This document shows positions 1-19,320 of a DNA stretch of 64,000 nucleotides, piece after piece. The notes beneath the pieces were generated by a model, which saw only the letters and a list, made by a program, of their open reading frames with translations, was not told the origin of the DNA and made no database searches. The stretch lies in the NCBI RefSeq assembly GCF_009914755.1, contig NC_060931.1; one strand, given 5' to 3'. A program made the translations under genes and the position numbers. How positions within the stretch are numbered: the stretch's first letter is position 1; each line of letters starts with the position of its first letter. This stretch comes from the human T2T-CHM13v2.0 reference genome, Homo sapiens.

Positions 1-1124
1 CCCCCACACAAAAGCACCCATTCTGCATTTTCCGGAGCATGGGTGAGGAGTCCTGGAATAACCTGTACAGGAAGGATGGCAGTGAGGACGATTTGCCTGA
101 ATGACGGAGATGTAAATTAGCTTGTGTGTGAAGAAGCTTTTTAATGAGAAGAGGAACGCTACAAAATGGTGTCTACGTTAGGATTATAAGTGTTGCAAAT
201 ATTTATACATATGGCTTATATTTGGAAGGGGATAAAGAAAAATGAAAAGGTAGGCTGGTAAGGTTATGTGTGAATATTTTATAAACCTTCCTTTCTTGAC
301 TTTGTAATGTTTGAATATACTCAAATCTTTTGTGAAAAGGGTTTTCTATTTTATGGAGAACAAAATGAGCTGGAATTTCCCTGGAGGAATTGAAATCAGG
401 CAGAAGGAAGAATTTCTCTGTGGGATATTTAGATTCCAGGAAGTGCTTATGTAAGAGCTGGGACACCATCTGCAAGAACGTGGAGAGCATTGGTGGCCCC
501 TGGAGCAGGGGACAAACCAGGTTGCTGCCAAAGGATCTTCCCATCTGGAGATTCCTATATTATTCCCATTTCACAGATGGGAGGCTCTGGTTCGTAGCAT
601 TAACTGAGATGCCAATGTGATTCTGTGTGTGGGTGGCATGGAGAGGCCTAAACAGCCAGGCTCATGACATAGGGAAAGTCCAACTTTGGTAACTGCTTCC
701 GATCTCCTCCAGGCGTGTTCATTCCTATAATGATCCAAATCCTACCAGCAGCTGCAGCAGTTAGGCACCAGGTTCCCCAATTCCTCAACAGAACAAAGGT
801 TATTCTAACATCAGAACTTTGCATCAACTTTTGCAGTCATAAAGGTCTTAAACAGCCTTAAAAACAAAAACAAAAGCAAAACAAAACAAAACAACAAAAA
901 GACCTGTTGAGTGCAGGGAAGATAATAGGAGCAGCTTTCTAGGTGGGAAAGTTTTCTTGACACGATGGCAGGGCTCCACCTCTGCACCCCCGACCCAGCC
1001 AGTCTTCTGCTCCGAGTCAGAGCTCTCCAACATAAACTCCTTTTTTCTAGGTAGGAAACTTGTTGTTATTGCTATTTTGGTAACTTGGATTGCACTGTGG
1101 ACATGTCTGGTTTGAAACACATTA

Positions 1125-2605
<1,481 letters not shown>

Positions 2606-3656
2606 TACTTTCCTGGGATATGCATTTCTCCCAGAATTAAATAACTCTTCTCTTCCCATAAGGCCCATTTGTGTAGGGGAAGGTTCATGTCTGAGCTTGG
2701 GAAACACTCAGGTTGAAGCTGAGTCTTGCCATGTGCAACTCTCTGAGCCAACGTTTTCTCATTTGCAAAGTGAGACTATCAATTCCGACCTCACGTGGTT
2801 CTGAAGATGAAGGGTGTGGACAAAGCACAGGAAAATCATAGACCCTCACCAAACTGTAGGCACATCATAGACCCTCGCCAAACCGTAGTTCCTTTTAAAT
2901 TGTAGGAGACAGCGGAGATGATGCACATTTGGTGCTCCTGCATTGCTTCCTGCACTGAGCCACAGCTCCTTCTCACCATTGACCAGCACATAGGAGGTGT
3001 CAAATGACAGACCTCACTAGCTCTGAAAAGCTGCCTTTGTTTTGATGATTGGCACCCCTCATGATGACACTTGGGTTTAGCCAACCAAACACTGTTTCAA
3101 AGTGACTGCAGTGGCCTTCTCCTCCAGAGCCACTGTGAAGTCCCATAAATGCATTTATTCCTGGTCCCCAGCCAGACTCCACAGGGCTGGGTGTTGGCCC
3201 AGAGTGCTTGGCACACTCTTGGGACATGATGGCAGCTCTAGACTTCAGGGCTAGGGTGCCCCAGCTCTTGCCTGCTGGTGGATGAGGATGGGCAGCATCA
3301 ACACTGCCACCTGGCCTTGGAGCTCAGAGTAGAGGCTGGGGAGGAAGACAGAATGGGAGGCCACAGTTCCCAGAGTTGAAGTCAGCTTCTCCTTATTGGG
3401 TTGGGAAGAACAAAAGAGTTCATCAGAGCAGAATACCCCAGGACAGCCCAAAGAGGGAGGGGTCTGACTATCCCAGATTGTGATAAGACCCCTTGATGAT
3501 AAGTTTCATCTTTCTGGAGTAGTGGTTAGGCACAGTGGCTTTGATCCCAAATGAGCTCCAGTTTAGTATTTGACTTGGCTGTTTCTTAGATATGTGACCT
3601 TGGATTTGCTATTTACCTTTTCTTGCTGAGCCTGCCTCTTTCTGGGTAAAAGGGAA

Positions 3657-3706
3657 TACTACTACTACTACTACTACTAGTAGTAGTAGTAGTAGTAGTA
3701 GTAGTA
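3657..3706. repeat. Inverted trinucleotide microsatellite (TAC)7-(GTA)9
   Basis: Direct reading; perfect palindrome 3657-3700 centred on CTAG, within a MIR-like element. Confidence 0.95.
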
Positions 3707-4214
3707 TTTCCCACATTAGGCGATTGGGAGGATTAAATGAGAGAATGTCGTGTATGGCAGTCCAGCATATGACACATTGGAGCAAACTCTCAGTCGACGT
3801 TGCCTGTTCCCATCAGAATCCAGAGCCCAAGCTGTTATTTCTATGTCAATAATTATTTGCATGAAATGTGCCTCATCCTCCCCACCAAGCCATTGCTGTC
3901 TTCTACTTTAATGTTCAGTCTAAAAGGCCCATCTTCTAGAAAGTGAAGTTTATCCCACCTTGCATGATGCATGGCCAAGGTGCCCAGCACTGCCTAGACA
4001 CGCGTGCACATGGCAAACACAAGCTTACGGGCACAGGGTGCAGGGAGCAATGATAATACATTCATCAGAATGCCTGCTAGGTGCCAGGTTTTGCTCGAAT
4101 TTGGGGGATGCAGCAATGAAATAAACAGCCAAAAATCTCCACTTTCCTGGAGTTACCATATTCTAATGGCAAAAACATAAAATACACTAATTAAGAAAAT
4201 GTGATAGTATATTA

Positions 4215-4510
<296 letters not shown>

Positions 4511-4596
4511 AGATAGACAAATGCTGGAGAGAAAAAATAAAGCAGGGAAGAGGAATATAAAATGTTGTAAGGGCATTTGAAAGTATATGTGGGGTG

Positions 4597-5605
<1,009 letters not shown>

Positions 5606-5639
5606 TTCAGCCCATACATGTGGCAAGAGAAGGCTTTGC

Positions 5640-6430
5640 TGATGTATCACCTTTGAGTAAAGGCCTGAACGAAGTGAGGGAGCCAGTATGTGACTCTCTG
5701 AGGGAAGAGCATTCCAGGAAAAGGGAACGGCAGGTGCAAAGGCCCTGAGGTGGGAGCATGCCTGGCTTGGTTCACAAACAGGAAGCTGTGTGGCTGGAGC
5801 CACAAGAGAAAGGAAACGAGCAGTGGGAAAAGTTGGCATAGAGGCAACAAAGAACAGGTCATATAGAAGCCAGAGAGTGACAAGGTCTAACTTACAGTGT
5901 CCCCCTGGCTGCTGCATTGAAAGAGACCAAATGGGGCAAGGGCAGAAATAGAGGCGGCTGCAATGGATCAGGGTGGTGGCAGTGGGCTGGTGAGAAGGGT
6001 GTGTTTCTAGATGCATTTTGGAGGTAGAACTGATAGGATTTGCTACTGGATCAGACGGGGTTGGTGTGAGAGAAAAAGTCAAGGATGGCTGCTGGGGTTT
6101 TGGCCTGAGCAAATACATGAAAATAAGGAGTAGCTATTTATGGAGATGGCAAGACTGGAGGAGAAGGAGGGTTTGGGGGGAAGATCAGGAGCTCAGGTTG
6201 TGACATGTCAAGTTTGAGATGTTTATTGAAATTCCAACTGGAGATATTGACTAAACAGGCGAATATTTAAGTCTGGATTTTAGGTGAGAGGTTCAGGTAT
6301 AAAGATATAAATTTGGGCACCATTGGCATGTAGATGTTATTTAAACCATGAGACTGGATGAGGTGACAAGGGAGAGAGAGTAAATAGAAAAGATAAGAGA
6401 TTATCTAAGTATGAGCCCTGGGGTTCTCCA
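5640..6430 (-). mobile_element. L2 LINE fragment
   Basis: gggaagagcattccagg...gtgcaaaggccctgagg and related L2 motifs. Confidence 0.75.
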
Positions 6431-7659
6431 ACGTTTTTCTCCAACAGAAAAAAAAATCCAAATTACAGACCCCTAAGACAACCCCCTTTTAGGTCTCCAA
6501 GTTAAATCTTTGGCTGAGGCGGTTATTATTATGAGGCCAGGAATAATTTTTTGGTTTCTTGTTGTCTTAACATGACCACATCTCCTGGAAGCCCTCCTTG
6601 GCCTCTTGGCCACCAGAATTTGCTCTTACCAGTATCATTGTTGGAGTGAGTCATGGAGGGCACACAATGCAAGCAACAGAGAGTCTTCGAGTCTAACACC
6701 TGGCTTAGTCTCACCAGAGAATATACTCCGTGCAGGATTAATATTTATGAAGTTGCACATCTCGGCCAGGGTCTAGCAAGTCTTTGGTTTCTGGAGGCCA
6801 GCCACAGGGGTTGTGTTAACACAGAGGAAAACCACAAATGTTGCTAGAGCCCTAGAGAGGGCCATGAAGCTACCATTTACATGTAACCCAACCCTGCAGG
6901 GAGAGGGCCTGCAGAGGCCACACTGTGGGGTGGCATACTGGGATGATGGACGTAAACTTGGAGATGCAGATGGGGATTGGTTGAAGTAAGTCCCATTTTG
7001 GGCCCACAAGAGGAAACCTGCCCTTCTGCAGAAAGGTTTAAGGTTTTAAACCTGCCCATCTTTGAAGAGCAGAGATGGGCAGGTTTAAAAAATCAAAACA
7101 GGGTTTAGTGTTCATGTCTGGTCTTAGTTGTTGGCCTGGTGAGGTCTCCAGCTGCCTAGTGCTTTTCTCTACATAGGCACAGGCCACCATGTTATCCCTA
7201 AGACTCATTAGAGAGTGGGACATGGCCTCTGTGTGTCCTTACAGTGCAGAGTTTCCAAGCCGAGGAGCTGGTGGAATGACCGGGGGTGTGGGGGTGTAGG
7301 AGGTGCACTGAGGCGGCATTATGTAACGTTGACTCACACAATTAGTCCTTTCAAATCTCATTCCATCTTTTTGATGACATCAAAAGGCATATCAGGCAGT
7401 GCTGGTCTTTAACACCTCTCTTATCCTTGCTAATCTTCCTGCATAATACAGAGAAAGCAGGCTGTGAGCTCAGAGTTTTGGGAAGCAGCAGGGGCCACCA
7501 GGAACTTGAGATCATTGTTTTATTTATTTATTTTTTCACTTTATCTTTTCAGTTACTTCTTATCGATCACAAATAATAGCTGATTTTCCATAATAAATTC
7601 CATAATTTATTTAATTAAAAACAGTGACTCAATTTAAGAAAAAATATTAAAAAATAATA

Positions 7660-7978
7660 GGCTGGGCACAGTGACTCACACCTGTAATCCCAGCACTTTG
7701 GGAGGCTGAGACAGATGGATCACTTGAGCTCAGGACTTCAAGACCAGCCTGGACAAGATGGCGAAACCCCATCTCTACTAAAAATACAAAAAAATAGCCA
7801 GGCATGGTGGCACACACTGGCAGTCCCAGCTACTTGGAAGGCTGAGGTGGGAGGATAGATTGAGTCCAGGGGCAGAAGCTGCAGTGAGCTGAGATCGTGC
7901 CACTGCACTCTAGCCTGGGTGACAGAGCGAGACCCTGTCTCAAAAAACAAAACAAAACAAACAAAACAAACAAAAACA
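7660..7978 (+). mobile_element. AluJb-like SINE
   Basis: Alu consensus with (CAAAA)n tail. Confidence 0.9.
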
Positions 7979-8477
7979 AGGGCTCTGCGGTTATGGCAAA
8001 AATCCTGATGGTAATATGGGAATGACTGAAGTATTAGAAAAGTGGCTCCAGTGAAATATCACATTTGGCTTCATGGAGTACAAGTGCCTTTAATAATAGT
8101 AGAGATTTCTAGGTTGGAAATCATCGTCCCTAGGAATTTTGAAGACATTGCTCCACTGTCTTCCAGTTTCCAGAGTTGCTGGGGAGAAGTCAGAAGTCAC
8201 CCGGACCCCTGACTCTTTATCAGTAATTTTGTTCTCCTCTCTCGGGAAGCCAGCAGGGTCTTCTGCTTGTTCTCAGGGCTCCGAAGTTTCATGGTGAGGT
8301 GCCTTGGCGTGGACCTCCTTTCAGCCTTTGTGCTGTAGACTCAGTGAGCCATTTCTCATATGCACCAGCTCTGGGACATTTTCTGGAGTATAATAATAAT
8401 TTATTTTCTGTTATTAATATTAATTTTATGATGATTTTCTGTTCTTATTGTTTTCTGTTTCTCTGTTATCTGCAGAG

Positions 8478-8604
8478 CTCCTGTTTCTTCAGATGCTAGC
8501 TCTCATCTTCAGTTTCTCTACTTTTTTCTCTTTTCCCTCCTGTTTCTTCAGATGCTAGCTCTCATCTTCAGTTTCTCTACTTTTTTCTCTTTTCCCTCCT
8601 GTTT
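8478..8604. repeat. 59-bp perfect tandem duplication
   Basis: Unit ctcctgtttcttcagatgctagc...ttttcc at 8478 and 8537, plus a 9-bp third start at 8596. Confidence 0.95.
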
Positions 8605-8798
8605 TTCATCTGTTTGTCTTACTTTTTATTTTCTGGGTGATTTTCCTCAACCTTTTAACACTTTTATTTACTGAGCTTTTAATTTTTCTCTTATACATTT
8701 ATTTTCTAAGAATTGTTCATTTTTCTGTTTTGTGAAAATTCTTTTTTAGAGCATAGTATTCTTATTTCCTAGACAATATCTTCTTTGTATCTTTCTTA

Positions 8799-8800
<2 letters not shown>

Positions 8801-8848
<48 letters not shown>
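8801..8848. repeat. (AT)24 microsatellite
   Basis: Direct reading. Confidence 0.97.
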
Positions 8849-8853
<5 letters not shown>

Positions 8854-8922
8854 TGCTTTCCTTAAGTGTCTGGTGATCCTTTGCTGTCACTTCATGACTG
8901 TGAGGAATTAAAAAGTGATTAG

Positions 8923-10203
<1,281 letters not shown>

Positions 10204-10630
10204 GTGAATGGAAGCCCTGAGGTAGGAATTACTGAATGTGAGGGCCACTGTGAGTTCTGGCTGGGCCACTTCCTTAGGGAATCCTGGATTTCAGAACCTT
10301 TAGACTGAGATGCCCCAGTGAAACCTCTTTCAATGGCTTGCCTGAAGCACACAAACCTGTCTACTGGTGTTTTGAGAGGCAGTGAGAGGAAGAGGCTGGG
10401 AGGAGAGAGGGCTCAACCTTTAGAACAAGTTTCTACTGAATCTGCTGTTTTCAGCGTGACTAACACCTTCACTCAAGCCTGGTGATCCCTGGCCCAGAGG
10501 CCTCTGCCTTACTTGTTCCAGAAAATACACTTCCAGGCTGCCTCTGGAGAGAGGGAGAGGAGCAGTCACCTGGTTGTACAGAGGGGGAAGGCACCTTGAG
10601 GTCGAAGTGTTTCCAGGATGAATTTCCAAC

Positions 10631-11184
10631 TGTCAAAAGTGCTTAACCAGAGCAACTCCATCTTGAATAGGAGCTGGGTAAAATGAGGCTGAGACCTACC
10701 AGGCTGCATTTCCAGACAGTTAAGGTATTCTAAGTCACAGGATGAGATAGGAGGTTGGCACAAAATACAGGTCATAAAGACCTTGCTGATAAAACAGGCC
10801 GTAGTAAAGAAGCTGGCCAAAACCCACCAAAACCAAGGTGGCCACGAGAGTGACTTCTGGTCGTCCTCACTGCTACACTCCCACCAGCACCATGACAGTT
10901 TACAAATGCCATGGCAACGTGAGGAAGTTCCCCTATATGGTCTAAAAACGGGAGGCATGAATAATCCACCCCTTGTTTAGCATATCATCAAGAATTAACC
11001 ACAAAAATGGGCAAGCAGCAGCCCTTGGGGCTGCTCTGCCTATGGAGTAGCCATTCTTTTATTCCTTCACTTTCTAAATAAACTTGCTTTTGCTTTGTAC
11101 TGTGGACCTGCTCTGAATTCTTTCTTGCAAAAGATTCAAGAACCCTCTCTTGGGGGTCTGGATCTGGACCCCTTTCCTGTAACA
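10631..11184 (+). mobile_element. MER41A-like ERV1 solo LTR
   Basis: TG...CA termini, 4-bp TSD CAAC (10627-10630, 11185-11188), MER41 motifs (accagagcaactccatcttgaatagg); lacks the GAS-containing segment of MER41B. Confidence 0.88.
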
Positions 11185-12818
11185 CAACCACTCCTTTTAT
11201 TTTCAGACCTTTCTCCATCCTCACTTCCATAAGTTTCTGGTTCCTACAATGTTCAGATCTTTGGGAGTCCTAAAGTAAAAAAATAGGCTGCTTCTCAGCT
11301 GCACCCACTGCAGTTTAGGGATCAGATTTTGTGGACGTATATTGTGTTTTTAAAAAACCAATTCGTTGTTTTAAAGACACCTAATTTTTTTTAACCCAGA
11401 CTTATTTATGGCCACATTAAGTTAAAAAAATTCAACTCTCTTTTAATAGCTGCTTTTGGACTTAATTGCATTATGGCCAAAAATGTGATCTGTCTATAGC
11501 GTTTCTGACATTTTAGGAAACTTCTTTTGTGATCTACTGTATGTTCAACTTTTGTAAATGTTCTCTTGTGTAATGACTCTTTGAAGTAGGAAAAATGGGA
11601 TTATTATTATCCCTGTATTTTAGGCTGGTAATCAGGAGTCCAGAGAAGGTTCAAGATTTGCCCAAAGTCCCACAGTAAAGCTGGACCAGAACAGAGGAAT
11701 GGGGAAGAAAGTATCAGAGCATGATGTGAAGCACACAGACTCCAGTCCAGTTGCCTGGGTTTGCAGCTAGGCTGTGGCATGTACCAGCCAACTGACAGCT
11801 GGAGATCATGATAGTTCCCACTTGCTACCATTGTTTGGAGGGTTTCCTACGTGGCATATAGTAAACACTCAGAATCTGTTATTATTATTCCTTTTTACTC
11901 TTCATCCAGGTTTCACTATGCTTCTTGTATAGAGGAGTCATTACAATAAAAATGACGTCATTAGAAACTTTTACAGCTACCCTTCAGCCCTACCATTTCT
12001 ATTATATCCTGGCCACTGTGCATAAGAGAGATTATGGCTACAAAGACCACAGTCTAAGCATAGAAAAGCTTCCTGGAAGGAGTCCATAGAAAGGGCACAC
12101 CAGTCAAATCAGCAAACTCTGTATTGAAGGCCTACCATGTGGCTAGTATTCCATTCTTATCAGAGTTATTTTCTGTCTTTTGGGGCTCATTTATGCCTGA
12201 AAAAATGTAAATGTTCACCAAAACTTTTGTGTAATAAAAACAACAAAAATGCTTACAGAAAAGGTTAAAGGTAGCTGGGAAAGTGGGGCAGTGTTGATGG
12301 GAGGTAGCCATTCATTTTATGGCAGAGTTTTCTAAATAAAAGGAATTATCTGGGCTGCCCAGACTGTTGGGTGCTAATCCCTACAATAATTAGCCACAAA
12401 GCTTTCAGAGCCACAGAATCCACCAGCTGGGAGGGAGCGCGGCCAGTGGTAGATGTCCATTGAGCTGTTTGTGTTGAAGCCGAGTTCTCTCTTTCTCTTT
12501 TGTGGACAGAAACAGCTGACAGTCTTAAAATAAAGGCACTTTGCCTGCCTCTGATCTGGATGCCTGGAAATAGGCCAGCCCCCCATCTGTCTTGTTGCAG
12601 ACCCTGTATTCCACATCTGTCTCCATGAAACCAGCTTTTACATCTGTTCTTTACTTTGAATCTTCCCAACTTCTGGGACAAAATGAAAGCATTGTTGATG
12701 ACTTATTTCTCTACTCTCACCACTATTTCAGGGAATGTGATATGAAGGGACATTTAAAAACACTTTTTATTTTGGAATAATCTTAGACTTTGAGAAAAGT
12801 TGCAAAACGGCACAAAGC

Positions 12819-13125
12819 AGCTGGGTGTGGTGGCTCATGCCTGTAATCCCAGCACTTTAGGAGGCCGAGGCGGGGGTGGATCACCTGAGGTCAGGAGTTC
12901 AAGACCAGCCTGGCCAACATGGTGAAACCCCATCTCTACAAAAAATACAAAAATGAGCCAGGCATGGTGGCATGTACCTGTAATCCCAGCTACTTGGGAG
13001 GCTGAGGCAGAAGAATCACTTGAACCAGGAGGCAGAGGTTGCAGTGAGCTGAGATTGAGCTATTGCACTCCAGCCCGGGCAACAGAGCAAGACTTAAAAA
13101 AAACAAAAAACAAAAGAAAACAAAA
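12819..13125 (+). mobile_element. AluSx-like SINE
   Basis: Alu consensus. Confidence 0.9.
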
Positions 13126-13149
13126 CCAAAAATTCCCCAAAACCAAAAC

Positions 13150-14540
<1,391 letters not shown>

Positions 14541-16708
14541 GAACATTTTCCCCCTCTAAGTTTTTTTGTTTTTGTTTTTGCTTCCACCTGTCATACAGTG
14601 CCTAGAATTCTGGGTCTCCTATAAACTTATGTGATCAAAGCCAAGTCACCCTGATATACTCCAGCTACCTCAGAGATGGACTGCTGAGTCTAGAAAGTTG
14701 TGGAGTCTCCTGTTAAAATGCAACCATGCCTGGATTATAGGACGATGTGATGATGTAACACTAAGTGGAAGTAGGTTCCCTGTGAAGGAGGAGAGGAGCA
14801 GTGCAGGGCTGAGGACAGCCATGGCCTTGGGGGCAAGGAGGGGGACATTAAAGAGGAAGTGGGTAATTATCCGCAACTGTTCTATCTTACACACTTCCCT
14901 AAGGGGAAATATACCCTTCAGCCCACCTTTTTACATTTCCCACACAGAGAGTAGCCTTCTTTCCTTCTTTCTTTTGGGAATGTGCAAAGTGCATGAGTAT
15001 TTTGGGTCAGAAAGTTGCTGAGGACAGAATATTGGCAAAAATATCTAGGGAATCCTTCAATTACTTATTTTGAGCCCACATAGGCCTCGATATCCACTTT
15101 CCAAAATGAGTTTCCCTGTAAAAGTCTGTCCTAGACTTGACCTACTGCTATAATTCTGGTCCTTTAATTGATCTCTACTCTTCTCGTCTTTCTCAAGTGC
15201 ATTTGATCAACTATAAACTTCTGATAATCTATATTTCCTTTCTTCTTTGGCTTCTGACCACCTTCCAAGGTTGGATTCCCCCACACTGCACCCCTTTTCC
15301 CCATCCCAACCCTCCAACATCCAGTGGATGGTCAGAGCATTTGTATTCTGAGGGTCCAGGTGAAAACCAAGGGAATACCCATACCTCTATCAGGGAGGCT
15401 CATTCCCACCTTTGGAGATGGAGGAAGAAGAGGTGAGGTGGGAGGAAAAGGGACAAATGACAGAATTGGAACAATGCTAACCATCTTCTGTTCCCCTTGC
15501 TGAATTCTGATGCCCCAGAGTCCTGCTGCAGCCCCTGCAGGCTCTCTGGGCACTGGTACCTTGAGGATCTGAATGGCTTACCTGCTGAGCAAAGGTCCTC
15601 CACCCTGCTAAGTCTTGGGCTATTTGAAAAGCACACTGTGTGGCTCTCTTTCCTGGAGACTAGTGACAGCACATTAGTCTGTCTGACTCTGTTGGAAGGA
15701 GCTGGCACTTTGAATTATCAAGTGTCTCTATGAATAGGAGAGGACAGGGGCTCTCACACTTGGCATTTGTAGTGGCAAATCATGTCTTGGCAAGCTGTCA
15801 GGATTCTCAGCACTGACAAAGTGCTGGGGAAAGAAGACCAGCCAGCTATCATTTATTTATGCTTTCAAAGGGCTCTGGAAGCACAGGTAATGATGGGGGT
15901 GAAGGACAAGCCCTGTCATGTATTAATAAATAGGAAGCTGTTCACTTGGAGGAGGGCTTTCCTTTTGGATGGGTCATATGGACTAATAAGGCTCCCTGTG
16001 GCTCTGGGCCTGGACCTCCTAATGACTTCTTAGTGAGAGGAAGAGAATAATATTTCTCCCCCAACCCCTTTTCAGCAAACTTTGTCTGAATAACTTGAAG
16101 GATTTTCATTAGCAAGTTTTTTAAAAGAAGGCAGATATGGTGTTACCTGGGAGGGACCCAGAACTTATGCCTAGGGACTGGATTTTAAAAATAAACTAAA
16201 TGAATTAAAAACCTTTATTGGATGTCCATGAAATGCCAGACACTGAGCTAGGCACTGGGGACACAAAGATTGGAACAGTGGTCCCTGGCGTGAAGTTCGC
16301 TGTTGACCCAGGTATTCCGGGTCAAGGGCAACGTTTGTACAAAGCTACTGGATCAAGTCGTCTGTGAGTACTTTTAGAGTATTTGTGTACTCAGGGGAGA
16401 TTGAAAATAAAAGTAATTCATAGCCCATTTTTCAAAAGGTGTATGGACTGATTGATAGGGAAGGCAGAAAGAAACATACTTGATATGGTGGGAAGACATT
16501 TTAGTGGAGACTGAGGCAGCAGGACTTTGAAGAAGGGAGAGGCACGTGCAGGCTGGAGTTTGGAGAAGGTCATGAGGAAATAGTGGGAGATGCATTTGTG
16601 AAGAGGGGATGAGATGGGGGAGGGCAGGGCATCCAGAGCCAGGCCAAAGAATTGAAAGTGACATGATGGGGGATAGGCAGTCCCTGAAGGTTTAGAAAGG
16701 AAGCGGGA

Positions 16709-17152
16709 TGTGTTAGTTTTCTGGGGCTGCCATAACAAAATACCACAACCTGGGTGGCTTAATACAATGGAACCGTATTGTCTCACAGTTCTGGAGGCCA
16801 GAAGTCAGGAATCAAGGTGTTGGCAGGGCCACGCTCACTGAGACTCTGGGTGGAATCCTTCTTTGCCTCTTCCTAGCTTCTGGTGGTGGCCGTCAATCCT
16901 TCACATTCCTTGGCTTGCAGTTGCATTGCTGCAGTCTCTGCCTCCATCTTTACATGGTGTCTTTCCTATCTTCACATTGACTTCTGATAAGAACTCAAGT
17001 CGTATTGGATTAAGAGCTCACCCTACTCCAGTATGACCTCATCTTGTTAATTACTTCAGCAATGACCCTATTTCCAAATAAGATCACATTTGAGGTACTG
17101 GGGCTTAGGACTTCAACACATCTTTTTTTGGGGACACAATTCAACCCATAGC
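16709..17152 (-). mobile_element. MLT1C-like MaLR solo LTR
   Basis: tgtgttagttttctggggctgccataacaaaataccaca...gggacacaattcaacccatagca. Confidence 0.8.
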
Positions 17153-17483
17153 AAGGGTAAGTTGGTGCAAGTGGGATGTTGGTGAGATTAGTCTGAATGG
17201 AGTATGCTGATGACTGAGTGGGAAAGACTTCCTGCTAGGAATAGGGCAGCAGTGTGAATGGAGAGGTAAGGTTGGCCATGGTGGGAGTGGGTTATAAAAG
17301 AAACACCTGCAGGAGAAGGTGAAACTAAGAGAGTAGTCACAGTTGAATACAGGTTTTAAATCTCTGATTAAAAGAATGATACTATGATGTACATTTAATT
17401 AATTAATTTAGTAAGCATTACATTTAGAAGGAAATAAATGTTTCCTTTGTGTGAGTAGGAGGGCTGTGAAGATTGCAAGTTTA

Positions 17484-17944
<461 letters not shown>

Positions 17945-18432
17945 CTATCTGGCATTTGGGTTGCTATTTCTAGTTTTGATTTAGAGCATCTGTGTTGGAA
18001 ACTCTTCTAGTTGTGCACAACTTCTTTTTTCCAGTGGGGGCAAGACTTCTGTCACAATATGATGCACATTTGTTGAGGGTGCCATGGGCTTTTTTGGTGG
18101 GGATTGTCTCCTTAAGAATTAGATAAAAATGCCTTAGGAGTTGGGATGCAGGAGGATGATTTCAGGCTGGCCTAACATTCTTGTCTCCAGGATATTCTTG
18201 TTCATGCCTTCACACTCCTTAAACCCTCATTTGTTGGGATTGGAAATGGGGTGCTTTTAGATCTCCTAAAACTTAGCACAACTGCTTTCTTGAAATAGAT
18301 TGCTCATCTGTAAATATCTTGAAATAATTTCATACCTTTTCTTTTTGTGCTCCAAAATCGATGTGATGTCAGGGCTCTCAGCGCTTTCTTCTTGCCTGAT
18401 TATCTTTAAACATGCTTGAGTCCTTTAGTAAG

Positions 18433-18796
18433 TGATATGGTTTGGCTGGGTCCCCACCCAAATCTTATGTTGAATTATAGCTCCCATAATTCCCATGTGT
18501 CATGAGAGGGACCCGGTGGGAGATAACTGAATCATGGGGGCAGGTTTTTCCCGTGCTGTTCTTCTGATAGTGAATAGGTCTCACGAGATCTGATGGTTTT
18601 AAAAAGGGGCATTCTCCTGCATATGCCCTATTGCCTGCCACCATGTAAGACATCCCTTTGCTCTTCCTTCATCTTCCACCACGATTGTGAGGCCTCCCCA
18701 GCCAAGTGAAACTGTGAGTTCATTAAACCTCTTTCCTTTATAAATTACCCAGTCTTGGGTATGTCTTTATTAGCAGCATGAGAACGGACTAATACA
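18433..18796 (+). mobile_element. THE1 MaLR solo LTR
   Basis: tgatatggtttggctg...gactaataca with 5-bp TSD GTAAG on both sides. Confidence 0.9.
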
Positions 18797-18961
18797 GTAA
18801 GTCTAGTTGAAATCGGGCTCACTGATGCTGCTCATCAAACTCTTGATTATTCTGTGGAGGTCTGGGTGGTCTTACTTATACCTTATTAGACCCATTAAGC
18901 ATCCTCAGGAGAGGGAAGCAGGGGATAATGAGAATCTTTATATTTCATTTCCATTGGATGG

Positions 18962-19320
18962 TGATATGGTTTGTCTTTGCGTCCCCACCCAAATCTCATC
19001 TCAAATTGTAATCCCCATGTGTTGAGGGAGGGACCAGGTGGGAAGCGATTGCATCATGTGGGCAGTTTCCCCCATGCTGTTTTTGTGATAAGGAGTAAGT
19101 TCTCACACGACCTGATGTTTTATGAGGGTTTGGCAGTTCCTCTTTCTCTCTCCTGCCGCCTTGTGAAGGTCTTTGCTTCCCCTTCGCTTTCCACTGTGAT
19201 TGTAAGTTTCCCGAGGCCTCCCCAGCCATGTGGAACTATGAGTCAATTAAACCTCTTTCCTTTATAAGTTATCCAGTCTTGGGTAGTATCGTTATAGCAG
19301 TGTGAGAACAGACTAATACA
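18962..19320 (+). mobile_element. MST/THE1 MaLR solo LTR
   Basis: tgatatggtttg...ccccacccaaatctcatctc...gactaataca. Confidence 0.85.

Noticed and set aside
8478-8604. CRISPR-like or other prokaryotic repeat array
   Set aside because: Only two adjacent copies without spacers; the whole window is primate genomic DNA with no operon-like coding density
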